This document shows positions 1 to 9,245 of a stretch of DNA of 29,642 bases, one piece after another; the first letter of the stretch is position 1, and every line of letters starts with the position of its first letter. Below the pieces are notes generated by a model. It was not told the DNA's origin. It saw only the letters and a program-made list of their open reading frames with translations, and made no database searches. Source of the stretch: a virus (lineage: Duplodnaviria; Caudoviricetes); the IMG/VR virus record IMGVR_UViG_3300045580_000182, positions 1 to 29,642 of that record; one strand, given 5' to 3'. Position numbers and translations under genes: made by a program.

Positions 1-1
1 C

Positions 2-160
2 AGTCTTGATTCGCTTCGACGTGCTGCGGGCTTCGAGCACGTCGCCGTCGCGTTTCTGCGTCACCTGCTCGGCGTCGGGCGTTGCGGTGGCGGCAGCCTT
101 GGCGAGTTGGTCGCGGGCGACGCTCTCAGCCACTTCTGCTCTTATGCTTTTTCGAGCCAT
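2..160 (-). CDS. Hypothetical protein, 5' part only (runs off window)
   Basis: Manual translation MARKSIRAEVAESVARDQLAKAAATATPDAEQVTQKRDGDVLEARSTSKRIKT; ATG at 160 overlaps the end of the upstream ORF. Confidence 0.6.
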   Translation of the reverse strand, partial: MARKSIRAEVAESVARDQLAKAAATATPDAEQVTQKRDGDVLEARSTSKRIKT

Positions 161-390
161 CGCAGCACTCCCTGGTGGCCGATGTCCACGCCCCGAGCTT
201 TCAGCACAACCGACAAGCGACGGGCCAGCGTTGTCTTCGTGGCCGTGAGCGAGCCGCCGGCCCACTCGGCCTTGATGCCGTCGAGTTCGGCCCGCATCTC
301 TTCGCTGAGAGATTCGTACCACGATGCGAAGCCGCGACGGGTTGAGAGTCCCGCCTTTACCTCTTCGAGCAGGCTAGGTTTTCTTGGCAC
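142..390 (-). CDS. Small hypothetical protein, possibly helical DNA-binding
   Basis: Within ORF 142..579; GTG at 390 preceded by AGGAG. Confidence 0.6.
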   Translation of the reverse strand: MPRKPSLLEEVKAGLSTRRGFASWYESLSEEMRAELDGIKAEWAGGSLTATKTTLARRLSVVLKARGVDIGHQGVLRWLEKA

Positions 391-556
391 GCTTTTTCTC
401 CTGTGGCGGCGATGATCGCTTGAGAAACTCCACAAGCGAGTCACCCTCGCACTCGTCATCGGCCGCGTCGTCATCAAGCCCCGTGTAGACCTGCCTGGGC
501 GGCGGTGCGGACTTGCGAGACAGCGGCTTGCGTCGCGGCTTGCGTGGGGCTGGCAC
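374..556 (-). CDS. Small basic/acidic low-complexity hypothetical protein
   Basis: 60-aa ORF, GTG start preceded by AAGGA, co-oriented with neighbours. Confidence 0.5.
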   Translation of the reverse strand: MPAPRKPRRKPLSRKSAPPPRQVYTGLDDDAADDECEGDSLVEFLKRSSPPQEKKRAKKT

Positions 557-577
557 GGGCGATTCCTTTCGCCCGTC

Positions 578-596
578 ACTGTGGCACGGGCGTCAA
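578..596 (-). promoter_or_regulatory. TTGAC-N8-CACAGT promoter-like motif
   Basis: Minus strand TTGAC GCCCGTGC CACAGT at a gene junction; the same architecture recurs at 11255, 20369, 21576 and 25079. Confidence 0.45.
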
Positions 597-1045
597 GCGG
601 ACGCCGGCCCCCACTTGCCCACTGGGCACGACTGATCGGCCCACGCTAATTTGCTCACGAACTTCCTGTCCCTCGCCACGGGACACCCGCACTTCGAGCA
701 GGCGTCGTTCTTCAGGAACTCGCACCCCTGGCAGATCGTCCATCTCCGCAGAATCTCCTCGTCGCTCGCCATCGGCATCCCGGCGGCGACGTGCTTGGCT
801 GAGGCGACGGCAAAGTTCTTCACCTTCGTCAGGAAGGAGGGGGCGTCGGTGCGGGTGAGGTCTGGCTTCGGTGCGTGAGGCTTTGCTTTGAACCCCGGCT
901 TTGGCACACGCGGGTACGCCGGGTGCGACTCGTCAACCGTGATCTGGTCGCCGTCCTGGCTGACGATGCACGGCCGCACTTCGTCAAGCGTGTAGCCACG
1001 CTGGCGAAGGCGGGAGTCAAAGAGTTTGCGATGGCCGGAAATCAC
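593..1045 (-). CDS. Cys-rich putative Zn-binding phage protein
   Basis: C-terminal ICQGCEFLKNDACSKCGC...CPVGKW motif; ATGA overlap with upstream gene. Confidence 0.75.
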   Translation of the reverse strand: MISGHRKLFDSRLRQRGYTLDEVRPCIVSQDGDQITVDESHPAYPRVPKPGFKAKPHAPKPDLTRTDAPSFLTKVKNFAVASAKHVAAGMPMASDEEILRRWTICQGCEFLKNDACSKCGCPVARDRKFVSKLAWADQSCPVGKWGPASA

Positions 1046-1638
1046 GGGAATGGGTTGTCATGCGTGATGGTAATAGTAGGAAATGTTGACGGGAAATCGC
1101 ACTGCCCAGTGCTGTCGCGGCACGCAAATGTACTACCAAAAATAACGTCTCTTACATCAATGTCGTCGGACCCAACTGCTTCTCCTCCAGCAAATGTGTA
1201 ACTCCCCGCGGCAGGCAATCCGTTGGCGTCAGTCGGAACAGTGATGTATACACCGCTAAAACACACAAAGTTCTGGAAAGTGACTAGTCGGATGACGTAT
1301 CCACAGTTGTAAAAATACAGCGCGCCACCGATGGCTGTTGGCGAACTTCCGCATCCAGCGTCAAACCATGCCGGATAGCTGGCACTAACTATGACGTTAG
1401 GGGCTCTTGCGTCAGTCCCTTCTTGCATGGCTGCGTCCGGGTCGCCGTCAAGCGAAATAGACACGCCGTCTAGGCCAACTCCGCACTCCACGCACTGCCC
1501 ATCCACGCACACGCAGCCAGGCGGGCACGGGTTCTCGCCGTCGCACGGGCCAGAGCACTTGTTGCAGCAACACGCCTGCCCGGTGCCGAGCTTGCCGTCT
1601 CGCAACAGCAACTTTCCGCCCTGGTTGATGAGTGCCAT
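1042..1638 (-). CDS. Cys-rich putative tail-tip or receptor-binding protein with lower-GC C-terminal half
   Basis: N-terminal CCCNKCSGPC...CPPGCVCVDGQCVEC; three genes downstream of tape measure; TGATG overlap. Confidence 0.7.
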   Translation of the reverse strand: MALINQGGKLLLRDGKLGTGQACCCNKCSGPCDGENPCPPGCVCVDGQCVECGVGLDGVSISLDGDPDAAMQEGTDARAPNVIVSASYPAWFDAGCGSSPTAIGGALYFYNCGYVIRLVTFQNFVCFSGVYITVPTDANGLPAAGSYTFAGGEAVGSDDIDVRDVIFGSTFACRDSTGQCDFPSTFPTITITHDNPFP

Positions 1639-2216
1639 CAGACGGCCGCCGTTGAGCAGGTGGTGACAGAGATCGCCACCGTCTCGGCAGTCGACTCAAA
1701 GAAGACGCCAACGCTGTTGCGCGTGAACGACAAGCTATCACTGCCCAGCGTCACGCCAGTGATCGGCGTGATTGTCTTCGGGATTACGGAGAACGTATTC
1801 GTACTGGCCGTGGCGAGCGCGACCACCGGCAGCGTGTTGAACTCCAGCGCCGCAGTCGTGAGCGTCGCAGCCGTGGCTGCCTCGGCGGCGAATAGTTGCG
1901 GCACAAGCAGGTACCACGCCGTGCCTTCCCTGGCGATTGAGCAGTCACGCTGCGAGCCGTCGGGGATCGGCCAGAAGAGATTCGTGGCACTCACCGTGTT
2001 CGGTGTTGTTGTCTGGTTCTTGAATGTCACCGTCTTCGAGGAGCCGATGGGCCATGAGCCGTTGAAGGTGCAGACTCGAAAGGTTTTTTGCTTTTTGGCA
2101 TCAAACACCGGCCCAAACCCCAGCGGCTTCGCCCGCCTTGGCTCCTGCTCCACCGCCCGCACCACGCTGGCAATGCGGCGAGCCGATCCAACGTCGAACT
2201 GCGTCAGGTCTGCCAT
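1638..2216 (-). CDS. Putative minor tail protein
   Basis: Likely start MADLTQFDVG at 2216, 2 nt after the upstream stop; Thr-rich composition; position after tape measure. Confidence 0.7.
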   Translation of the reverse strand: MADLTQFDVGSARRIASVVRAVEQEPRRAKPLGFGPVFDAKKQKTFRVCTFNGSWPIGSSKTVTFKNQTTTPNTVSATNLFWPIPDGSQRDCSIAREGTAWYLLVPQLFAAEAATAATLTTAALEFNTLPVVALATASTNTFSVIPKTITPITGVTLGSDSLSFTRNSVGVFFESTAETVAISVTTCSTAAV

Positions 2217-2218
2217 GA

Positions 2219-3106
2219 CTACACCGGCAGCGGGGTCGAGGGCGGCGTGCCGAAGATCGACGCGAAGTTCGCCTCGGGATTCACTCGCCGATTGAGTATC
2301 GCAGGCACGCCAAGCGTTAGACCGCCCGAGCCGTCCAGGCCAACCGGATTCGGCGATGCGATCCACTCCGAGTTCTCGAAGTCGTACACCATCGCACGCC
2401 GCTTCTGCCCGCCTCCGAGGAAATTCCAGCCCACGTCAGGTAGCTGCAAGTTGTGGCCGCTCTGGCGGTAGTGCAGTTCAGCCGTGGCCTTCCAGAACGC
2501 GACCACGTTGCCGCCGAACTCCTCTTGATCCTGAACGACCGTGACCTTTTGCACCTTGACGCTGTGGGCAGGGCACCCAAGGTACAAGCCGTTGTTCACG
2601 CAGTTCTGCGCCGTGAACCACGATGACGGGAACGTGGCGAAGTTCTGCGTCACCTTCGCCGCGACCGTCGATTCCTGAGTCACCAAGCCTGGGAAATAAT
2701 CGTAGGCACTGTTCGTCAGCGGTCGCGGCGTCGTGCCGTCGTAGTACGACAACGCCGGCACCTCGCCCGGAGACGAGTCGAACTCCCAGACAGCCACCCG
2801 GCTCGTCGGGTGCAGCAGTTCGTTCGCCAGAATGATCCCGTACTCAGCCACGAAATGGACGTGATACGGCGATCCCTCGAATCCTTCCGTGAGCGTGATC
2901 TTGCGGACGCGATAGCTGCTGTAGGTCGGGTGCGTCGATCCCAGGTCAACGCCCAACGCCGTCGCAATCTGCGGCTCCGTGATCGGCGTGCCAGTCAGGG
3001 CGTCATCGCTGAGGACACACACAAACTCACGCGTAAGCTGCCGAGTCGCGCCGACTTCGTAGACGGCCTTGCGGAACAGTTCCTTGTGCGAAACGACGCT
3101 GGCCAT
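2219..3106 (-). CDS. Putative distal tail / tail-tip protein
   Basis: 295 aa; first gene after tape measure; AGGAG upstream of ATG. Confidence 0.7.
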   Translation of the reverse strand: MASVVSHKELFRKAVYEVGATRQLTREFVCVLSDDALTGTPITEPQIATALGVDLGSTHPTYSSYRVRKITLTEGFEGSPYHVHFVAEYGIILANELLHPTSRVAVWEFDSSPGEVPALSYYDGTTPRPLTNSAYDYFPGLVTQESTVAAKVTQNFATFPSSWFTAQNCVNNGLYLGCPAHSVKVQKVTVVQDQEEFGGNVVAFWKATAELHYRQSGHNLQLPDVGWNFLGGGQKRRAMVYDFENSEWIASPNPVGLDGSGGLTLGVPAILNRRVNPEANFASIFGTPPSTPLPV

Positions 3107-3115
3107 CGACTACTC

Positions 3116-6100
3116 CTACGGGATTCCGACCGGCAAGCCGATCCGATTGAGGTTGGCAGCCAGAGCATTCAGGATTTGCCGGCTCACCTTGTTGGCCTGC
3201 TTCAGTTCGATCAACTGCGGGTCTTGCTGCTGATTGAACAGATCGAGAACCAACTGCTGCCCTTCGGCGGTCCGCACGTCGGCCGTCTGCACGGTGCGAG
3301 GGCCGAGTGTGTTGAGTTCGGCAATCCGCTTAGTCTGTCGCTCGAACTCGGCCTGCTGAATGCGGGCCTGCTCTTCGGCAAACTGCTGCTGCTGCTTTTG
3401 GATTTCTTCCTGCTGCTTGGCTTGGTCTTCGACAATCTGCCGCTGACGTGCCTGGAATAGTTCCCGCTGGGCCGCAGCCCCGTTGACAATATCTCGCTCC
3501 TTGGCACCAATCTGGTCGAGTTGTGCCAGCCGCCTGTTTGCCGCAGCAAGTGCCTCCTTGTCGTCAGCCTTCCTTGCCGCAATGGCTTGCTCCTGCACGT
3601 TCCGAATCTCTTGCTCTACTAGCTTGAGATTCTCAGCAGCCTTGATGCGTGCCTGCTCCTGCGGCGAAAGGTTCTGCACGATAAGCTGATTGACTTGCTG
3701 CTCAACACGAAGCCTCTCATCGGCAGCCTTCTTGATGTTGGCAACCTCTTTCTCAAACGCCTTTTGCTGGAACGCTACCTGCTGCTCGAGCTGCTCCTTC
3801 GTTATGGTGCCGTCTTGGGCAAGCTGTTGAGCGCCTTCAATAACCTGCGTGAAGCGACGGGCGGCATCTTCGCCGGCTGTGCCAAGCTCTCCTGCCTTCT
3901 CAATGACGCCCTCGACGGATCGGTTGATGTCATCAAAGACACGCTTGAATCCATCTTCAAACCCTTGGGCCGCAGCCTGACGCTGATCGACCAACTTCGC
4001 CTGGAGTGAATCTAGCTGCGTTAGTTGATCGCCAATCGCTGCCGCAGCGGCAGCGTTATCCTTCTCCCGGGCCTGGGCCAGTTGTTCAAGCAGCCTCTGC
4101 TGCTGACGAGATACAGCGTCTATGTTTGCCTGGACTTCATCGGCAGCACTGGAACTGCGGAGCAGGCTTTCAATTACCTTGCTGTCCTCATCGACAAGGT
4201 TCCGCTTCTCTTCGACAACCTTGCGAATCTTGTCGATCTGGCCGTCATATTCCTCATTTGCGGCCCTGACACCTTGAGCGAGAGCCTCTTCGTTAATGAT
4301 CCCTCGCTCGAACTGCGTCCGCAGTTCCTCGACCTTCGTCTGGAACTGCAAGGCTGCATCAAATCCCTCTTGCCCAAACTGAGCCGCACCGGCAATCGCA
4401 CGGCTAATTTCTTCGTTCAGGCCAGCAAGGGCAGCGGCAGCATCTTCATTAACTTGAATGTCGAGCTTGTTGTCTTCCTCGATCTTGGCAAGCTCGCTCT
4501 TGAACGCCTCGCCAGCTTTTGCGGCTTCGTTCCTGAATGTTGTCTCGTTGAACAGGCCGCGATCTAGCCCGTCCTGCAAATTTGCGATTTCTGCCTCAAA
4601 CCGAACTGCTGCATTGAACCCTTCCTCGCCAAACCTGAGAGCCTCTACCTTTGCCTTCTCAACACTAGCGGCTGCATCGGCAAGCGACTTGGCAAGCTCG
4701 GGAGAGATTGGCTCCTCAATCGCATCACGCAATTCCACAACCTCGCCGCGAGCCGCAGCGAGAACTTGCTCTGCCGTCTGCCCCGCTTCGATGGCTGCAA
4801 TCTGTGCATCCGTGATCGGGCCTGCCTGGACGCTGGCAATCTCCTGCCGAAGCCTTTGCAGTTCGCCAGACACGCGATTGAGCTTGTTCTGCTCATCAAG
4901 AAACTTTGCAACTGCCCCCGTTGCTTCAGCCAGCGCGTTGGCAATCCGCTCTCCCGCCCCCGCAAAGGCCGCATTCAACTGCTGCCCGGCACCTTGAGCA
5001 GCAACCGAAAGCCGATCAAGCGCGGCACCGAAATCGTCAGCATCACGACGCTGCTGGTCACTCAGCGCCGCCCCCACACCACGAAGGTCATCAGCCGCAC
5101 CACCAAGGTTGCGAAAGAACGGGAGCAGATCAGCGCCAGCACGACCCAACAGGCTGATCGCCGTTGCACTGCGGCGTGCAGGGTCTTCAATCGAGTTCAG
5201 GCGTTCGCCTATGAGCAGGTACTGCTCCTCTGGCTTCAACCCCTGAATCTGCTCGGCCGTGACACCGAGGTTGGCAAGTGCTTGCTGTGCCGCCTTGCTT
5301 TCCTCGTCTACGCCGGTCACGCTCCGCTGGAGCCTGCCAAACGCCGCGCTGACAGATTCGATGCTTGTGCCAGAGCGGCGGGCCGACTCCTCCAGCGTTT
5401 GCACAAAGCCAAATGAGATGCCGAGCTTGTCGGCCGTGTTGCCGAGGTTCTCGACTCGATCTTCAAGAGCAGTAAGCCCGCGAGTGATCGCCGTGGCTGC
5501 GGCTCCAAAGCCAGCGACAGCAGCGGCACCAGCCGTAAACGGGTTGATAAGCCCAGCCACCGCCGCCCCGATCCCAGACAATCCTTGCGACAGCCCGCCG
5601 CCAAACACCCTCGCCAGCCCCTCGCCGGCACTCGATAGACCCGACAGCCGCCCAGCCACATTGCCAATCGGGCCGGGGAGAGCCGACAGCACGCCGCTCA
5701 ATTCGTTGAACTTGAGGGCACCGCCGTCGCCAGCGTTATCGACCGCCGCTCCGTACTTGTTCGCCTCGACAGTCGCCTTCGCAAACGCATCCGCAGATCG
5801 CTGTACCGCCAGCCCGTACTGCGTCTCGTCCAGCAGGCCCGCCTCGCGGAGACGGTTCAACTCGGCAATCGACCGCTCGTAGTTCCGCTGGGCAACTTCC
5901 TGCCGCGTGAGATTCGCTTCGATGATCTGCGATGCACGCTGGAGATCGTCGGCAGTCTCGTTCGCCGCCGCCTGGAGTTGCTCGAGCGACCGGGCGTAGT
6001 CCTGCGGGCTGGTCAGCCCAGCACGCAGGCTTTCAGTCAACGCCCGCACGCGAACGTCGAACTTCTCCTGAGCAGCAACAGCGGCGGCACTCTCACTGCC

Positions 6101-6238
6101 AAACTTCTTGAAGGCTGCCGTGACGCCAGCGGCTTCCTTGTCGAGTTGCTGTAGCGCACGTTCAACAGGAGAAAGACTCTGCCGCACGCCCGTGGCGTCG
6201 GCCGAAATCTTCATCGCCAGTGAAAGAACAGTCGCCAT
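3116..6238 (-). CDS. Tail tape measure protein
   Basis: ~1040 aa, Ala/Gln/Glu-rich helical, glycine-rich hydrophobic segment; follows frameshifted chaperone; TGATG overlap. Confidence 0.92.
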   Translation of the reverse strand: MATVLSLAMKISADATGVRQSLSPVERALQQLDKEAAGVTAAFKKFGSESAAAVAAQEKFDVRVRALTESLRAGLTSPQDYARSLEQLQAAANETADDLQRASQIIEANLTRQEVAQRNYERSIAELNRLREAGLLDETQYGLAVQRSADAFAKATVEANKYGAAVDNAGDGGALKFNELSGVLSALPGPIGNVAGRLSGLSSAGEGLARVFGGGLSQGLSGIGAAVAGLINPFTAGAAAVAGFGAAATAITRGLTALEDRVENLGNTADKLGISFGFVQTLEESARRSGTSIESVSAAFGRLQRSVTGVDEESKAAQQALANLGVTAEQIQGLKPEEQYLLIGERLNSIEDPARRSATAISLLGRAGADLLPFFRNLGGAADDLRGVGAALSDQQRRDADDFGAALDRLSVAAQGAGQQLNAAFAGAGERIANALAEATGAVAKFLDEQNKLNRVSGELQRLRQEIASVQAGPITDAQIAAIEAGQTAEQVLAAARGEVVELRDAIEEPISPELAKSLADAAASVEKAKVEALRFGEEGFNAAVRFEAEIANLQDGLDRGLFNETTFRNEAAKAGEAFKSELAKIEEDNKLDIQVNEDAAAALAGLNEEISRAIAGAAQFGQEGFDAALQFQTKVEELRTQFERGIINEEALAQGVRAANEEYDGQIDKIRKVVEEKRNLVDEDSKVIESLLRSSSAADEVQANIDAVSRQQQRLLEQLAQAREKDNAAAAAAIGDQLTQLDSLQAKLVDQRQAAAQGFEDGFKRVFDDINRSVEGVIEKAGELGTAGEDAARRFTQVIEGAQQLAQDGTITKEQLEQQVAFQQKAFEKEVANIKKAADERLRVEQQVNQLIVQNLSPQEQARIKAAENLKLVEQEIRNVQEQAIAARKADDKEALAAANRRLAQLDQIGAKERDIVNGAAAQRELFQARQRQIVEDQAKQQEEIQKQQQQFAEEQARIQQAEFERQTKRIAELNTLGPRTVQTADVRTAEGQQLVLDLFNQQQDPQLIELKQANKVSRQILNALAANLNRIGLPVGIP

Positions 6239-6555
6239 CACTCAAACCCAAGTTGTCGCCGCAAATCCAGAATCGCCTCTCGCGCCTGCACTTGGTGTTG
6301 CGGGGCTTCCTCAATCGGATTGAAGTCGCTGGCCTTCGGAGCCTTGCCCTTCTCGCTGTACGGAGCCAGGATCGCCGAAGTCAGCAGGCCCGTCTCGGCC
6401 CAGCTATCCGGCAATGCTTGGTAGTACCGCGTGAAAGCCATCCACTCTCCGAGTTCCCGCGAAGTCATCCTCCGCTCGATCTCGCCAACCGTCATTCCCA
6501 AGTGCCCCGCCAGACGAAACAGGAACCGTCTCGTCGGGCGGACGTTCAGTTTTTT
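6238..6555 (-). CDS. C-terminal part of the -1 frameshifted tail assembly chaperone (gpGT-like)
   Basis: The -1 frame from A AAA AAC reads KKLNVRPTRRFLFRLAGHLGMTVGEIERRMTSRELGEW, continuous with ORF 6238..6501. Confidence 0.85.
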   Translation of the reverse strand, partial: KKLNVRPTRRFLFRLAGHLGMTVGEIERRMTSRELGEWMAFTRYYQALPDSWAETGLLTSAILAPYSEKGKAPKASDFNPIEEAPQHQVQAREAILDLRRQLGFE

Positions 6556-6923
6556 GCCAGTTCCTCCACCTCGTCTGCCGTCATCGCGTTGTGCTTCATC
6601 GCCTTGTCAAACAGCTTCGATACGACCTTCGCCGACTTGCCGGCGAGCTTCTCGATCTGCTCGTCGGTGAACAGGCGGTCGCCAGTCTCGGGGTGACAGA
6701 GGCAGCGGGCGAGAAACTTCGCTCGGAAGTTCTCAATGCCCGTCTCCTTCTTGCCGATCCACTCCCGCTCATAGGCATCACGTTCGCCGACCGTCATCAC
6801 GCGGATGCCGAGCGTCACAGGCTTGCCTTCCTTGTCGGCCCACTCCTTCACCGTGACCTTGAGGATGCCAAGGTCTTCGGCCGCCATGATCTGTGCCGCC
6901 AACTCTTCAACCGTCAGTGCCAT
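6546..6923 (-). CDS. Tail assembly chaperone (gpG-like)
   Basis: 125 aa between tube-like genes and tape measure; ends GCA AAA AAC TGA. Confidence 0.88.
   Translation of the reverse strand: MALTVEELAAQIMAAEDLGILKVTVKEWADKEGKPVTLGIRVMTVGERDAYEREWIGKKETGIENFRAKFLARCLCHPETGDRLFTDEQIEKLAGKSAKVVSKLFDKAMKHNAMTADEVEELAKN
6549..6555 (-). other. Programmed -1 frameshift slippery heptamer A AAA AAC
   Basis: X XXY YYZ heptamer directly before the chaperone stop, with an open -1 frame. Confidence 0.85.
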
Positions 6924-6934
6924 GTGTCAGGCTC

Positions 6935-7255
6935 CTATTCGAGGCAGATTTTGAACGACCCGGCATACCGTGCCACGTCGTTGACCTTGCCTGACAAGCG
7001 AAGCGTCTGACAGATCGCCTTGGTCGTGTACGTCAGCCCGCCCCCGGTGAGGGCGAGCGTCTTTTTCAGACCGTATTCGGCAAACGAAAGATTTGCGCTA
7101 CTCAGGCACTTGATCTCTATAGTGCCTGCGTCAACCGCAAACGGCGCGGCCCTGCCGATGGGAAGAGAGCCGCCGCGAGTGGCGTCGATCTCGGTGACTT
7201 CACCGAGCGTGAGGCCGCCCCACGTTGCCGACACACCTGTGCAGGGAATCGCCAT
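6935..7255 (-). CDS. Short tail-tube-like structural protein
   Basis: 106 aa beta-rich pattern resembling the upstream gene; GGAGGA RBS. Confidence 0.6.
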   Translation of the reverse strand: MAIPCTGVSATWGGLTLGEVTEIDATRGGSLPIGRAAPFAVDAGTIEIKCLSSANLSFAEYGLKKTLALTGGGLTYTTKAICQTLRLSGKVNDVARYAGSFKICLE

Positions 7256-7276
7256 GACGGTCCTCCGTCAGGCAAC

Positions 7277-7666
7277 TTACACGCGGGCGATACGGATCGT
7301 CGCCTGACCCCGGATCGCGTCGTTCGTCGCCAGCGTCAGCGTGCTGGAGTTGACCGTGTAGGCTACGCCCGCAAGCAGCGAAGTGCCTCCGGTCGAGATC
7401 GTGCACGTCCCGGTCGCACCGTCCGCAATGATCGACTTGCCGAGATAGTTGAACTGCACCGACCGGCCCGTGTCGGTCGTGCTGCCCTTGAGCGGGCGGT
7501 CAATGGTCGCAAGCTGGGCACCCGTGGTCAGGCCAAGGTGCGAAACGTCGATCTTCTCTTGGTCGGCGTTCGGGTCGTTGTACGTGATGACGATGTTGCT
7601 GACCGTGTAATTCACATTGCCCAGGGCAAGCGACGTGCCGACACCATCATGGGGAGTTGCGGACAT
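7277..7666 (-). CDS. Putative major tail tube protein
   Basis: 129 aa with IDVSHLG motif; between tail completion gene and chaperone; AGGAG RBS. Confidence 0.7.
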   Translation of the reverse strand: MSATPHDGVGTSLALGNVNYTVSNIVITYNDPNADQEKIDVSHLGLTTGAQLATIDRPLKGSTTDTGRSVQFNYLGKSIIADGATGTCTISTGGTSLLAGVAYTVNSSTLTLATNDAIRGQATIRIARV

Positions 7667-7679
7667 TACTGCGGTTCTC

Positions 7680-8099
7680 CTAGTTCTCGACCCACATCAC
7701 GGAATACGTTTGCGTCACGCTGTAGACCGGCGGCATCTCGCCACCCGCCAACTGCACGAACCCGTCCGCCTCGTTATCGAGGCTGACGTTCTTCACTACG
7801 ATGGATTCTGCCTCTGCCGTGCCGTACCCATCCAGAGTGAGCCTTACTCTGTCGGCTAGCTCCCGCACGCCTTCGTAGGTGGTGGCGTACATATCCACGG
7901 TCATCTGCACGACCGGCATCCCCATCGGCCCGGAGAGTGTGTGTTCCCGCTGGATGCCCGACCGCCGGAACGTGACGAACGGCAGGTCGGCCGTGGCGGG
8001 GGCAATGACCGGGTAGACGCGGGTGCCTACCAGGGCCGCCACGGCAGGGTCGGCAACCAGGGCCGAGCGGCATACGGCTTCGGGGCTTTTGAATGCCAT
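7680..8099 (-). CDS. Tail completion / terminator protein (DUF3168, SPP1 gp17-like)
   Basis: LVADPAVAALVGTRVYPVIAP...LPFVTF pattern; AGGAG RBS before ATG 8099. Confidence 0.85.
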   Translation of the reverse strand: MAFKSPEAVCRSALVADPAVAALVGTRVYPVIAPATADLPFVTFRRSGIQREHTLSGPMGMPVVQMTVDMYATTYEGVRELADRVRLTLDGYGTAEAESIVVKNVSLDNEADGFVQLAGGEMPPVYSVTQTYSVMWVEN

Positions 8100-8107
8100 G
8101 CTGGCTC

Positions 8108-8926
8108 CTAGGCTGGGCCGAGGGTGTCTTGGCCGGTGATCGAACCAGACTCGCGGAACCGCAGGGCAGCCCACGCCTCGCCCAGCGACAGCGATAGCTC
8201 CCGCTGGAGGTACTCGGCCACCTGCCCTTGCGTCTGGTTCCACGCCGTCTGCACTGGCGGCACCCCGGCATCGCCGCCAACCGGCATCGCCGGGATGACG
8301 ATGGGCGTTTTCGACTTCTTGAAGAAAGCGTTCGGGTAGGCCGGATCGGTCTGCACACGGCCCTTCTCTTGCTTGTCGAACTTGAACGGGCCAAGCCGGT
8401 TGAAGCTGGACGCGATATAGGCGTTCTGGCCGCTCACCCAGTGCACCACGCCCTTGCCTCGCACTGTCTCGGTAACGACTCCAGACGGCGTCCGGCGTCT
8501 CCGGGTGAATGGCTTCGTCGGCGACTTCCGCTGGTACGGCGTGTTCGAGAACTTGCCAACCCGCCGCTGCCGCGTGCCAAATTCAAGCCACCACTGATGA
8601 AACGCTCGGTCGGGGCCAGCCAGCACCGTGCCGCCAGCCGCGCTTCTCGCATCGCCTTTGCCAGCCCGCTGGTAGCCGATGAGCCCGACAGCCACGCCGC
8701 TCTGCTTGTACTTCACGATCTTGTATGACACGGCCCGCTTCAAGTTGCCGGTCGGGCCGACAGGCGTCACCTCGCGCAGCCGCAGGTAGGCAGGCCAGAT
8801 CGCCTTCTCAATGGCGTCCCCGAGCACGTTGGCAGCATCGGCCTTCGGGAAGAACGCCCGCAGGTTCGCGGCCAGCCCGCGAAGCTCCTCCGTGTTGATG
8901 TTCAGCGTGATGCCAGCGACGGCCAT
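8108..8926 (-). CDS. HK97 gp10-like neck/tail component with basic insertions
   Basis: TPVGPTGNLKRA and WWLEFGT motifs; position after head-closure gene. Confidence 0.8.
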   Translation of the reverse strand: MAVAGITLNINTEELRGLAANLRAFFPKADAANVLGDAIEKAIWPAYLRLREVTPVGPTGNLKRAVSYKIVKYKQSGVAVGLIGYQRAGKGDARSAAGGTVLAGPDRAFHQWWLEFGTRQRRVGKFSNTPYQRKSPTKPFTRRRRTPSGVVTETVRGKGVVHWVSGQNAYIASSFNRLGPFKFDKQEKGRVQTDPAYPNAFFKKSKTPIVIPAMPVGGDAGVPPVQTAWNQTQGQVAEYLQRELSLSLGEAWAALRFRESGSITGQDTLGPA

Positions 8927-8927
8927 G

Positions 8928-9245
8928 CTAGATCGTCTCCTGGCAGAGCAGCTCGTGCTCGCTCCGGTTGGCGTGCTCGAGGATCGACACAATCTCCATC
9001 GTGCGGCCACGCCACACGATCCGCATCCGCTGCGTCAGGCCCGTCAGATACCGCATCCGAATCCGGTGCGAAATCTCCGTTTGCTGCTGGCCGGCAAGCA
9101 GGAACTCACGGGCCGTCACGCCCTGGACGCTGGCCCAAACTTCCGCGAACGTCTGGTCATAGACCGGCACCATTTCGCCCAGCGAGTTCTTCGTCTCGCG
9201 GTAGGCTTGCACGGTGATCCGCTCGCGGAGGTCGCCCGCCTTCAT
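8928..9245 (-). CDS. Head-tail adaptor / head closure protein (SPP1 gp16-like)
   Basis: MKAGDLRERITVQ...VWASV...HRIRMRY...MRIVWRGR...LLCQE signature. Confidence 0.9.
   Translation of the reverse strand: MKAGDLRERITVQAYRETKNSLGEMVPVYDQTFAEVWASVQGVTAREFLLAGQQQTEISHRIRMRYLTGLTQRMRIVWRGRTMEIVSILEHANRSEHELLCQETI

Noticed and set aside
1042-1638. Diversity-generating retroelement target
   Set aside because: No reverse transcriptase and no template/variable repeat pair seen in the window
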